Of a stretch of 64,000 nt of DNA, positions 9,224 through 18,600 are shown one piece after another. Each line of letters begins with the position of its first letter. Positions within the stretch are counted from its first letter, which is position 1. The stretch is taken from the NCBI GenBank assembly GCA_947499505.1, contig CANMOQ010000001.1, positions 42,037 to 106,036 of the forward strand. Reading direction: 5' to 3'. Below the pieces are notes generated by a model, which saw only the letters and a program-made list of their open reading frames with translations, searched no databases and was not told the DNA's origin. The stretch is from an uncultured Erythrobacter sp. (lineage in GTDB: Bacteria; Pseudomonadota; Alphaproteobacteria; Sphingomonadales; Sphingomonadaceae). A program made the translations under genes and the position numbers.

Positions 9224-10420
9224 ATGAATCTGGAGTTTAGCCCCGAAGAGCTGGCATTTCGCGAAGAAGTGCGTGCCTTCATCGAAGAGAATTATCCCAA
9301 GCATGTTTCGCCGGATGGCCTGCGTGATGACCTTGATCCAGAGGACATGGTCGCTTGGCACAAAATCCTCGGTGAAAAGGGCTGGTCTGTTCCGGCTTGG
9401 CCAACTGAATATGGCGGCACCGGATGGACCCCAACGCAGCGTTATATCTGGTCGGAAGAGAACGCGCGGGTGAATGCGATCATGCCGCTGCCGTTTGGTG
9501 TTTCGATGGTTGGCCCCGTGATCTACTCCTTCGGCAATGACGAGCAAAAGGCACAGCACCTGCCCGGCATTCGCAGCGGCGATGTATGGTGGTGCCAAGG
9601 CTATTCAGAGCCGGGCGCTGGCTCGGACCTTGCCTCGCTCAAGACCACCGCAGTGCGCGATGGCGATCACTATGTGATCAATGGTCAGAAAACCTGGACG
9701 ACTCTGGCGCAGCACGCCGATTGGGGCTTCTTCCTGTGCCGCACGGATCCGGATGCGGCCAAACCGCAGCAAGGCATCAGCTTCATTCTGGTTGATATGA
9801 AATCGCCGGGCATTGAAGTGCGCCCGATCAAGCTGATCGACGGCGGTTATGAGGTCAATGAAACCTGGCTCACGGATGTCCGCGTGCCGGTCAAAAACCT
9901 TGTTGGGCAGGAGAATATGGGCTGGACCTATGCCAAATTCCTGCTCGCGCACGAGCGCAGCGGAATTGCCGGTGTGGCCCGCTCCAAACGCGGTGTTGAG
10001 CAGCTGCGGGATATTGCCAAGTCAGAGCAGATGGACGGCGCGCCGCTTATGAGCGATTTCGATTTCGCGCGCAAAGTCAGCCAGCTGGAGATCGACCTTT
10101 CCGCGCTGGAAATCACCGAGCTGCGCACGCTGGCCGGTGAGCAGGCGGGCAAGGGCCCTGGTCCAGAAAGCTCGATCCTCAAGATCAAGGGCACTGAGAT
10201 TCAGCAGCGCCTGACCGAACTCACTCTGGAGGCGGTCGGCCATTATGGCATGCCGTTCTATCCAAGCGTGTCCGATGCCGGATCGAACGAATATCCGGTT
10301 GGCCCCGCCTATGCGGAACATTCCGCTGCGAGCTATTTCAATATGCGCAAAACCTCGATCTATGGGGGATCGAATGAGATCCAGCGCAACATTATCACCA
10401 AGATGATCCTGGGCCTTTAA
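9224..10420 (+). CDS. Acyl-CoA dehydrogenase family protein
   Basis: 398-aa ORF with GGAG upstream. ACAD-like N-terminal, middle (WWCQGYSEPGAGSDL) and C-terminal (IYGGSNEIQRNII) blocks. Confidence 0.88.
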   Translation: MNLEFSPEELAFREEVRAFIEENYPKHVSPDGLRDDLDPEDMVAWHKILGEKGWSVPAWPTEYGGTGWTPTQRYIWSEENARVNAIMPLPFGVSMVGPVIYSFGNDEQKAQHLPGIRSGDVWWCQGYSEPGAGSDLASLKTTAVRDGDHYVINGQKTWTTLAQHADWGFFLCRTDPDAAKPQQGISFILVDMKSPGIEVRPIKLIDGGYEVNETWLTDVRVPVKNLVGQENMGWTYAKFLLAHERSGIAGVARSKRGVEQLRDIAKSEQMDGAPLMSDFDFARKVSQLEIDLSALEITELRTLAGEQAGKGPGPESSILKIKGTEIQQRLTELTLEAVGHYGMPFYPSVSDAGSNEYPVGPAYAEHSAASYFNMRKTSIYGGSNEIQRNIITKMILGL

Positions 10421-10447
10421 GGCTCTAGGACACGCGGGAGACATTAC

Positions 10448-11584
10448 GTGGACTTCAACTTCACTGAAGAACAAGACATGGTGCGTGACAGCCTGACCCG
10501 GCTGGTGCGCGAGAATTATGCGTGGGAAGCGCGCATGGAGGCGATCAACAGCGAGAGCGGTTGGCAGCCTGCCATCTGGGCGCAGCTGGCCGAGCTGGGC
10601 CTGCTGGGCATGCCATTTTCTGAGGCAGATGGCGGCTTTGGCGGCGGCGCGGTCGATGCCATGATCGTGATGGAAGAATTCGGTAAAGGCCTGGTGGTGG
10701 AGCCGTTTGTTCCAACCGTGGTGTGCGCGGGCGGGTTCCTCAAGCACGCTGGCACGAATGCGCAAAAGGAAGAGCATATTGGCGGTATCGTCGATGGCAG
10801 CCGCATCTTCGCCTTTGCCTATGCAGAACCGCGCGGTCGCTATGATTATGCGAACCTTGAGACAACCGCGAAGAAGGATGGCTCTGGCTATATCCTCAAC
10901 GGCCACAAGGCGGTTGTAATTGGCGCACCGTGGGCGACGCATCTGGTCGTCACTGCGCGCACCTCAGGCGAGCGGACCGACCGCGAGGGCGTGTCTGTCT
11001 TCGTGATCGACAAGAGCGCCGATGGCGTGGTCACGCGCGATTATGCCACGGTTGATGGCCGCCGGGCATCGGAGGTATTCTTTGAGAACGCCAGCGTTCC
11101 GGCGGAGGCTTTGATCGGCGAAAAGGGAAATGGCCTGCCGCTAATCGAACTCGTAACCGACGAGGCGATTGCTGCGCAGTCCGCAGAAATATACGGCGCG
11201 ATGAAAGTCGCGCACACCATGACCGTCGATTACTCGCGTGAGCGCAAGCAATTCGGCGTGCCAATCGGATCGTTCCAAGTGCTGCAACACCGCATGGTCG
11301 ACATGTACACAGAATATGAGCAAGCCGTCTCGATGACGTACCTCGCGACCCTTAATCTCGATGCCGATGAGCGTGAGCGCAAGCTCGCCGTATCAGCGGC
11401 CAAGGTGCGCATTGGCCAAGCGGCCCATCACATTGGCCAAGAAGCGATCCAGATCCACGGCGGCAACGGCATGACCGATGAATATGCGATTGGACATTAT
11501 TTCAAGCGTCTGACGATGTACGACAATGAGTTTGGCAATGTCGATCATCATATGAAGCGGCACATCGCGTTGGCGAACGCCTAA
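10448..11584 (+). CDS. Acyl-CoA dehydrogenase family protein (second, divergent subunit-like paralog)
   Basis: 378-aa ORF. GTG start after GGGAG, 27 nt downstream of the previous stop. ACAD-like C-terminal domain (QIHGGNGMTDEYAIGHYFKRL). Confidence 0.85.
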   Translation: MDFNFTEEQDMVRDSLTRLVRENYAWEARMEAINSESGWQPAIWAQLAELGLLGMPFSEADGGFGGGAVDAMIVMEEFGKGLVVEPFVPTVVCAGGFLKHAGTNAQKEEHIGGIVDGSRIFAFAYAEPRGRYDYANLETTAKKDGSGYILNGHKAVVIGAPWATHLVVTARTSGERTDREGVSVFVIDKSADGVVTRDYATVDGRRASEVFFENASVPAEALIGEKGNGLPLIELVTDEAIAAQSAEIYGAMKVAHTMTVDYSRERKQFGVPIGSFQVLQHRMVDMYTEYEQAVSMTYLATLNLDADERERKLAVSAAKVRIGQAAHHIGQEAIQIHGGNGMTDEYAIGHYFKRLTMYDNEFGNVDHHMKRHIALANA

Positions 11585-11607
11585 AGCGCGCTGCCTTAGC
11601 CGACAAA

Positions 11608-11650
11608 GAAAAGGGGCTCTACGCAGCAGTGCAGAGCCCCTTTTCCCGTT
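11608..11650. terminator. Bidirectional hairpin terminator between convergent genes
   Basis: AAAGGGGCTCT (11610-11620), a 12-nt loop, AGAGCCCCTTTT (11633-11644). A-run on one side and T-run on the other. Confidence 0.75.
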
Positions 11651-11665
11651 TGGTTTAGGTTTCTC

Positions 11666-13087
11666 TTAGCCCATAAAGCCGAGGTCAGGCTGAGCAAACC
11701 GGCCAATGTTCGGCGCGATTGACGGCAGCTCTGAATTGTCGACGCCAAACCAGCGCGCCAGGGTTGAGGAATATTCGTCAACCGAGACGGTCGGCAGCAG
11801 GCGGCCTTGACCGACCTGATCATCGCTTTCGACAGATACTTGAGGTGCAGTGCCGTAGAAGCGTCCGCCATTGACCCCGCCACCAACGATAAAGTGGTGG
11901 CTGCCCCAACCATGATCTGACCCATCGCCATTAGAGGCGAGCGTTCGGCCAAAGTCGGATGCGGTGAAAGTCGTCACTTGGTCCTGAATGCCGAGATCGA
12001 CTGTTGCTTGGTAGAATGCATCAAGCGCGAAATCGACTTGACTGAGCAAACCTTCATGATTGCCGATGAGGCCATCGTGATTGTCAAATCCGCCCATACC
12101 GACCATGAACACCTGACGCGTCACGCCCAGCCCGTTGCGCGCAGCGATCAGCCGGGCCACGACGGACAATTGCGATGCGAGACGGTTGTTTTCGCCAAAA
12201 TCGGTTGTCGCATTAGTGTTTTCCAATGCCTCGGCGATAAAGCCGCCATATTCAATCGAGCGCGCGTTCACCATGGAATAGTCCGCTTCAAGGACATTGC
12301 CATTGCTGCTCTTCAGTATGCTATCCAGAGCTGCCGATGCCGATTGCGAACGGTACACCCGGCCGCGCTCAAGCCCCCGGAACTGGGTCGCTCCGTTGAT
12401 TCCAATCTTATATGGCACGGCATCTTCGCCGGTCATAAACACGGCATTGCCGGTCGCATTGATCAGCGTGAACATGGAGTTGGTGTTGCTCGACTGAGCA
12501 AGGTCACCCATTTTCCCGCCCCAGCCAGAGGTCGACCCTTCAGGCTGAGAGCTTTGCCAGGTTGATTGCTGGTCATTGTGCGAGAACAGCTTGGCTGGAC
12601 GCGGAAATTGCGAACTGTTGCCTTCAAACTGCGCCTTAGTTAGAGGAACTACCAGCGGACCGACGTTGAGCAATGGCGCCATCGCGCCTTGATCAAAGCG
12701 GGTCTTTAGGCGCGGCATAGACGGCGCCAGCGCATATTGAATGTCGTCTGTCAGCGTTTGATTGTTAGCCGGGTTCAGGACTGTCTGAGCCAGGCTACCG
12801 CGCGCCAGAGCAATTCCGCCGCCTTCATCGCCTTGGCCGCCGCGAATGGCAGCATAACGATTGTAGTTCGCCTGATCGTATGGGATCAGCGTGTTGCCAT
12901 GATCGTTTCCGCCATAGAGGAACACGCACACCAGCGCCTTGTAGCCGCCAGCGGATGAGAACGCGGCGGCCTCACCAATTCCGGCAAGTCCAAGCGCATA
13001 AGATGATGCCACACCTGCGCCTGCAAGCTGGCCAGAGCGGCGCATGAAGGCGCGGCGTGAAAGTTCATTTCTTTTGCCAATATACAT
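11666..13087 (-). CDS. DUF1501 family protein (sulfatase-fold, Tat-exported)
   Basis: 473-aa ORF. Twin-arginine leader SRRAFMRRSGQLAGAG. Characteristic C-terminal block GSDHGWGSHHFIVGGGVNGGRFYG. Confidence 0.85.
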   Translation of the reverse strand: MYIGKRNELSRRAFMRRSGQLAGAGVASSYALGLAGIGEAAAFSSAGGYKALVCVFLYGGNDHGNTLIPYDQANYNRYAAIRGGQGDEGGGIALARGSLAQTVLNPANNQTLTDDIQYALAPSMPRLKTRFDQGAMAPLLNVGPLVVPLTKAQFEGNSSQFPRPAKLFSHNDQQSTWQSSQPEGSTSGWGGKMGDLAQSSNTNSMFTLINATGNAVFMTGEDAVPYKIGINGATQFRGLERGRVYRSQSASAALDSILKSSNGNVLEADYSMVNARSIEYGGFIAEALENTNATTDFGENNRLASQLSVVARLIAARNGLGVTRQVFMVGMGGFDNHDGLIGNHEGLLSQVDFALDAFYQATVDLGIQDQVTTFTASDFGRTLASNGDGSDHGWGSHHFIVGGGVNGGRFYGTAPQVSVESDDQVGQGRLLPTVSVDEYSSTLARWFGVDNSELPSIAPNIGRFAQPDLGFMG

Positions 13088-13097
13088 GATGCTGCCC

Positions 13098-14948
13098 TTA
13101 TTTCTGAATGAGGTAATCGTTCGACGCCATGATCAGCAGGACCGCGAGATGGATCCGGCTGAGCTTGGTTTCGTTATCGCTGGTCGCGGTAACGTCGATT
13201 TCGTCGAGGACGGGAAGGATCAAGGAGCGTGTGTTGTCGCTCAGCTGACCTGCGGTTAGCAACAGATCGAGTCGGTCGAGCAGCGCGTTGCTATCCTCCG
13301 CAATCGCCAGCTCATTTGTGTATTGCGGCTGGATATCGCGCGACCAAAATACTGAGCCGTCGATCACGCGCTCCATCTGATTGACATAACCAGCGACCGA
13401 GGTTTCGTTGACCAACTGAAATTCAGGTGCGAGCAAATTTCGTTCTGCCGCCTGCGATCCCGCTGGCACATAGCCGGGGCGGAAGAAGTTGAACACCGAT
13501 GGTGATCGCAGCGGCGATTGGCCGATCCGGTCCGATGTGTCGGATGTGTTGCCCAGTTCGTACCTGCCTGAGGCCGACTGCGCACCGAAAGTGCGTGCCC
13601 ACTGCGCGTAGCGCAACATCGGCTCGCGCAGCTTGCCGAAATTGGCATTAGTAACGTTGGCAGTGTTTAGCGCCTCGTCATCCAGCAAGATCGCTTTGAA
13701 CACTGCGCGAAGATCGCCGCGAGTGCCGCTGCCATTGTCGTTGAAGGCTGAGGCAACCCGGTCGACGTAGGCTGGCGACGGATTGCTGGTTACCAGGCGT
13801 TGGATCATCTGCTTGCCAAAGAATGGTCCGACATTGGGGTGATTGAACAAGGTATCGAGCGCGATGCGCAGCGACTCCACCGCCCCGGTATTCGCCGGTA
13901 TGGTTACGCCCAGGAAGGTCTTTTCAGCATCCGAATGAAAGGACTCGTTCTTTGGGAAGCGCCACTTCGATTGATCAGCCGTCATTGGCTGTCGAGTGTA
14001 ATCCGCGTCGGGAATATCAAAGTTCCCGCCGCGTGTATCGGGTGTGAAGCCGATGCCAGTATAATCGTAATCGTAACCAGTGAAGACCTTGGAGATGCCG
14101 GTCACATCTTCGTTGGTGTAGGTCTCAATTGGTTCGCCGCCGCTTGTGCGCACGGTGCCATCATTGTTAAGTTCAAACAGCCCAATCGTGAACAATTGCA
14201 TGATTTCACGACCGAAGTTTTCATCCGGTACGCGGCCAGATCTCGGGTCAGCTTTGCGATTGCCGAGCGTATTGAGGAAAATTCCCATCGCGGGGTTGAG
14301 CGTGATTTCTTCAAGCAGCTCACGGAAATTGCCAAACGCATTACGATTGAGAATGTCCCAATACTCTCCCATCGCGAGTGCTCGCCAAGTGTTGTTGATG
14401 CTGCTCAATGAGACGACAAAGAACTCTGACATGGCCAAAGCTGCGCGCTTGCGCACACCGCTGCCACCTTGCAGCAATTGGCTCCAGGCCATGTTGTCGC
14501 CGATGCTGGAATCAAAATAATACCGCTCGGTGGTGACCTGATCATAACCCTGACTGGTGAAGAATTGACGGGCCGTCTGGTCATTGTTGCGGTTCATCTG
14601 GCGGTCGAGCCACGGCTCGAAGCCATCGGAGCGTAGCGATGAGATCTCAGCGGTTGAGGCTGAAAGGGATGCCTGGAGGAGGAAGCGCGCGGCCTCCTCG
14701 TCTGTTTGCGGAGTGACCACTGCGACGGGCGGAGGCGCACCGCCGCCGGTTGGGGGAGTGCCGCCAGAGGACGAACCGCCGCTGCTGCCACCGCCGCCGC
14801 CACACGCGGCAGTCGCGATAGCAAGCGCTGATACCGCCGCACCTTTAGTGATTGCGGGGCTAAGGTTGGCCTCGCCCGCTTCCGGAGCCGGCGGACTGGC
14901 TGTCTCCACTTCAGGGCGCACTGGCGCCTCAAGCAGCTCATCACTCAT
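13098..14948 (-). CDS. DUF1800 family protein
   Basis: ORF track start is 14996. I prefer ATG 14948 (MSDELLEAP), which is preceded by GGGAGGGA. DUF1800-like block PDENFGREIMQLFTIGLFELNNDGT. N-terminal Gly/Ser/Pro-rich linker after a possible lipobox (ATAAC). Confidence 0.82.
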   Translation of the reverse strand: MSDELLEAPVRPEVETASPPAPEAGEANLSPAITKGAAVSALAIATAACGGGGGSSGGSSSGGTPPTGGGAPPPVAVVTPQTDEEAARFLLQASLSASTAEISSLRSDGFEPWLDRQMNRNNDQTARQFFTSQGYDQVTTERYYFDSSIGDNMAWSQLLQGGSGVRKRAALAMSEFFVVSLSSINNTWRALAMGEYWDILNRNAFGNFRELLEEITLNPAMGIFLNTLGNRKADPRSGRVPDENFGREIMQLFTIGLFELNNDGTVRTSGGEPIETYTNEDVTGISKVFTGYDYDYTGIGFTPDTRGGNFDIPDADYTRQPMTADQSKWRFPKNESFHSDAEKTFLGVTIPANTGAVESLRIALDTLFNHPNVGPFFGKQMIQRLVTSNPSPAYVDRVASAFNDNGSGTRGDLRAVFKAILLDDEALNTANVTNANFGKLREPMLRYAQWARTFGAQSASGRYELGNTSDTSDRIGQSPLRSPSVFNFFRPGYVPAGSQAAERNLLAPEFQLVNETSVAGYVNQMERVIDGSVFWSRDIQPQYTNELAIAEDSNALLDRLDLLLTAGQLSDNTRSLILPVLDEIDVTATSDNETKLSRIHLAVLLIMASNDYLIQK

Positions 14949-15237
14949 ACTGGAATCCCTCCCAAAAAACCGCCGCGATGGCGGGTAATATTGCAACCGA
15001 CCGCATCGCTAACATGAGCGATGGAACCAGTTCCTAATCATAAAGGCTAACGCGGGTTTCATGACTTCGGACGTGAAGCTTTACGCAAGATGTCCGAACA
15101 AACCGTAACTTGTCACTAGACCTAAAGTTCGCCTCATCGCGCTTGCGGCACCATATGACTGATCAGACGAGGTGTGTTGTAAGCGACTGGCAAAAAATAG
15201 GTTTTTTACGACCTTCGATGTTCTGCGAAGCGCATTA

Positions 15238-15254
15238 GCTAACTATCGACTAAC
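15238..15254 (+). promoter_or_regulatory. 17-nt motif GCTAACTATCGACTAAC (copy 1; two CTAAC half-sites 11 nt apart)
   Basis: Seen directly. Near-identical copy exactly 180 nt downstream. Lies in the 687-nt non-coding region upstream of the giant gene. Confidence 0.4.
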
Positions 15255-15417
15255 GTATTTTGGTGTGAGGCAAGCCAAGTTTTGCGGCCGATGGTTGGGA
15301 CTTTTCGCAGGGCGTGCGACCGCTGCCATAGGCTTCTCGTAAAGAGCGCGTTTTGGTGGCCCGGGGTTCGGTACAAGGTTGCAGGCTGCGCCTGGGGTGT
15401 TCGGCCTGGCATATGAT

Positions 15418-15434
15418 GCTAACTAAAGACTAAC
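15418..15434 (+). promoter_or_regulatory. 17-nt motif GCTAACTAAAGACTAAC (copy 2)
   Basis: 15 of 17 positions identical to copy 1. About 200 nt upstream of ATG 15636. Confidence 0.4.
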
Positions 15435-15635
15435 TGCTGGCGCTAGTGCTTGATTGCATTAAGACTTTTGTAATCAGAGATCCCCGGCTTAACGTAAATT
15501 TACAACTTCTCATCCCGAGAAGCTGGTGCCAAAGCTGTTTCACTATGATACTGTTTTGGTTATAAAGTAATAATTGCATCGCATCCCTTTGCTGCGAATG
15601 AGGGATGGAATTGCGAATATGGGGTCAGGTCGCGC

Positions 15636-18600
15636 ATGACAAAAAAACAGGCTGCAAGTCGTCACATTCTGGCGCTTGAACCACGGATGATGTTTGACGG
15701 CGCAGGGGTGGTCACCGCTATCACTGCAGACATTGGCCCGATGGCCGTTGCGCCCGGTGAATACACTTTCAACGAAGCGAGCGTTGCGCCTGTAAATCTC
15801 GATATACGCAGCGATATTTCATCAGGGATCGGCGATGATGTCGGCTCGGGGCTGTCCGCTCAGCCGGTTGGTTTTCTATTTGGCAATCGGTCTGAAGGCA
15901 GCGAGGCGCTGCATCCACAGTTCGAATTCCACGATGAGGTGCGCGAAGGCAGCACACCGCGCGCTATTATCGATGCTATGCGCGATTACCGGGCGACCGC
16001 CATGTATGGCGTAGAGCGCGCGCTGGCCGATGGATTCTTTGCAGAGCCTTCTGATGATGCGGTGGTTGCACAGTCTGGCGAAGTGCCGAACGACTTCATC
16101 TTCATCGACACTAGCGTCGACAATTATGAGCAATTGGCCGAGATCTGGGAGGGCCGCGGCACGATTGTGTTTGTAGACGCCAACAGTGACGGCGTTGACC
16201 AGGTTCTCACCGCCCTTGCTGGTGCAAGCGATGTTGGCGCAATCCATTTCGTCAGCCACGGCGAAGACGGCATGTTCTGGCTGGGTGATACCCGGATCGA
16301 CAGCGCAGCCCTGACCGGAGAGCTGGCTTCGGCCTTTGCGTCGATTGGCTCAAAGTTGTCGGCTGACGGCGACATTCTGATTTACGGCTGCGACGTCGGC
16401 AATGATGCCGAGGGTCAGGCCCTGCTCAACAATCTGGCCGCTATCACCGGTGCGGATATCGCCGCATCGATCGATGACACCGGTAGTATCGCTCGCGGAG
16501 GCGATTGGACGCTCGAAAACCGTCTGGGCGTGGTCGAATCTGCTTCACTTGTGGCGCGCGAATGGGGTGGCTTGCTTGCGCCGACGAATATTTCTGCACC
16601 TGCGGACTCGCTCACTGTTCGTGATGGCAGTGGCAATATCATTGCGACTGGCGGTACCGGCTTTGGTAATGCTGGCGGTCGAAGCGGCGATGTTGGTGTC
16701 GGTGGCACCGGCACTTGGGTTAATGTTGGCACAGTCAATGGCCAATCTATCAGCATCAGGGCTACGGTGGTTTCCATCAGTGCCGGCGACACCGTCAGGT
16801 TTGATCGCCCTACGTCAGGCGATGATGATCCGGGCTTCCTGCTGCGATCAAATGGCGGTCCTGTCGCGACAGCTGAGATACGGTGGGACATTTTCTTCAC
16901 GGCGACCGGAGCGCCTGTCGAGATCGATGTTTCTTACACGGTGGCTGACATCGATGGGGTTGGCGGCAACACAAACAGCCGCGAGTTTGTGGTCGTCGAC
17001 ACGGACACGCTCTCATCATTCCAGGCTGCAAATGGCTCGAACGTCGCGTTTGATACAAGTGTCCCCGGCCAGGTGACTGCGTCTGGAACCCAAAATGAAA
17101 GCAGCGGGGTTCCATCGGCTGCACGGTTTAACTGGCTCGATACCAGCAGCTTTACAATCACTTATAATATTGATCCTGCATCGGGTGTTCCGCAGGCTGG
17201 TTTTAGTCACGACGGTGATCTTGACTTCAATCTTGGCACTGGCGGTACGACGGTCTCCATTCCGCGGCTTGATCTCGATAACAATAACAGCACGGCCAGC
17301 GGCTCTGCTTATGAAGGAACCTTCGTCGAAAATGGTTCTGCTGTGGGTATTGTTGATCGCGATGTGCGTATTACCAATCCAAATGGCTCGGTTGAAGGCC
17401 TCACGGTTACTCTGACCAATGCGCAGACTGGTGATGAGCTGTTGGTCAATGGTTCAAACGCTGCGACCGGTACCTTGAATGGTGGGATCAGCTACACCCG
17501 GACGGCAACTGAGATCATATTGACCGGTGCTGCTAACTCGGCCCAGTACCAGAACGCGCTGCGGGCAATTACATTCCAGACTGCGGGCGAGCGTCCAGAT
17601 GAGACGCCGCGCACCATCGATATCAGTTTTGAAAACGCTGCGCTCAATTCCAACGTCGCAACTTCGACGATCAATGTCGTAGAGATCAATGACCCGCCAA
17701 CAGCGGTTAATGACGCGCAGATAACCACCGATGAGGATGTCCCGATCCTCAATATTGACGTACTCGGGAATGATTTTGACGGTGATGGCGATCCGCTGAC
17801 CGTGATCAGCGCCAATGCCAGCAATGGCACTGTCATCATCAATGGTGATGGTACCCTTGCCTATGTCCCGAACTCAAATTTTAGTGGCACTGATACGATT
17901 ACCTACACGATCAGTGATGGTCGGGGCGGCACCGATACAGCGACGGTTCCTATTGTTATCGGCCCGGTTAATGACAATCCGACCACCAATGGCAATCTGC
18001 CACCGCAAACCAATGTCGATGCGCAGCAGGGCATTTTTGTCAATGCCGCCAGCGGTTTCAGCGATGCGGAAGATCCTAACAACCTAACTTACAGTGCGAC
18101 CGGCCTGCCTCCCGGCCTGTCGATCGATCCAAACACCGGGTTTATCACAGGCAATATCGATAATTCTGCAAGCCAAGGCGGCTCTGGCGGTATTTACAAT
18201 GTTGTTGTGACCGCAACCGATTCCGGTGGCCTTACTGCGGAGCAAAACTTCAGCTGGACCGTGACCAATCCAGCACCTCAGGCCAACAATGACGGCGGCT
18301 CTACGCTTGAAGATACGCCAGTGACGTTTGACGTGCTGGCCAATGACCAAGATCCTGATGGTGACGATATTAGCGTCGTCTCGGCCAGCGCGCCGAACGG
18401 CAGTGTTGTCATTAATGCAGACGGCACGATCACATACACACCGAATGCCAATTTCAGTGGCCCTGAAACGATCACCTACACCATCAGCGATGGCGAAGGC
18501 GGAACAAGCACGGCTACCGTCAGTCTGTTTGTGACAGCGCAGAACGATGATCCAGTGGCTGTTGGCTCACTACCACCGCAAGTGAATGATGATGCTGACG

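Noticed and set aside
10022-10942. 306-aa minus-strand ORF spanning the junction of the two acyl-CoA dehydrogenase genes. Similar long antisense ORFs occur at 44325-45596, 46280-47605, 48446-49432, 31501-32409, 2943-3659 and 53710-54441.
   Set aside because: All lie opposite genes with strong family motifs and show the low-complexity Arg/His/Ala-rich composition of antisense frames in high-GC DNA.
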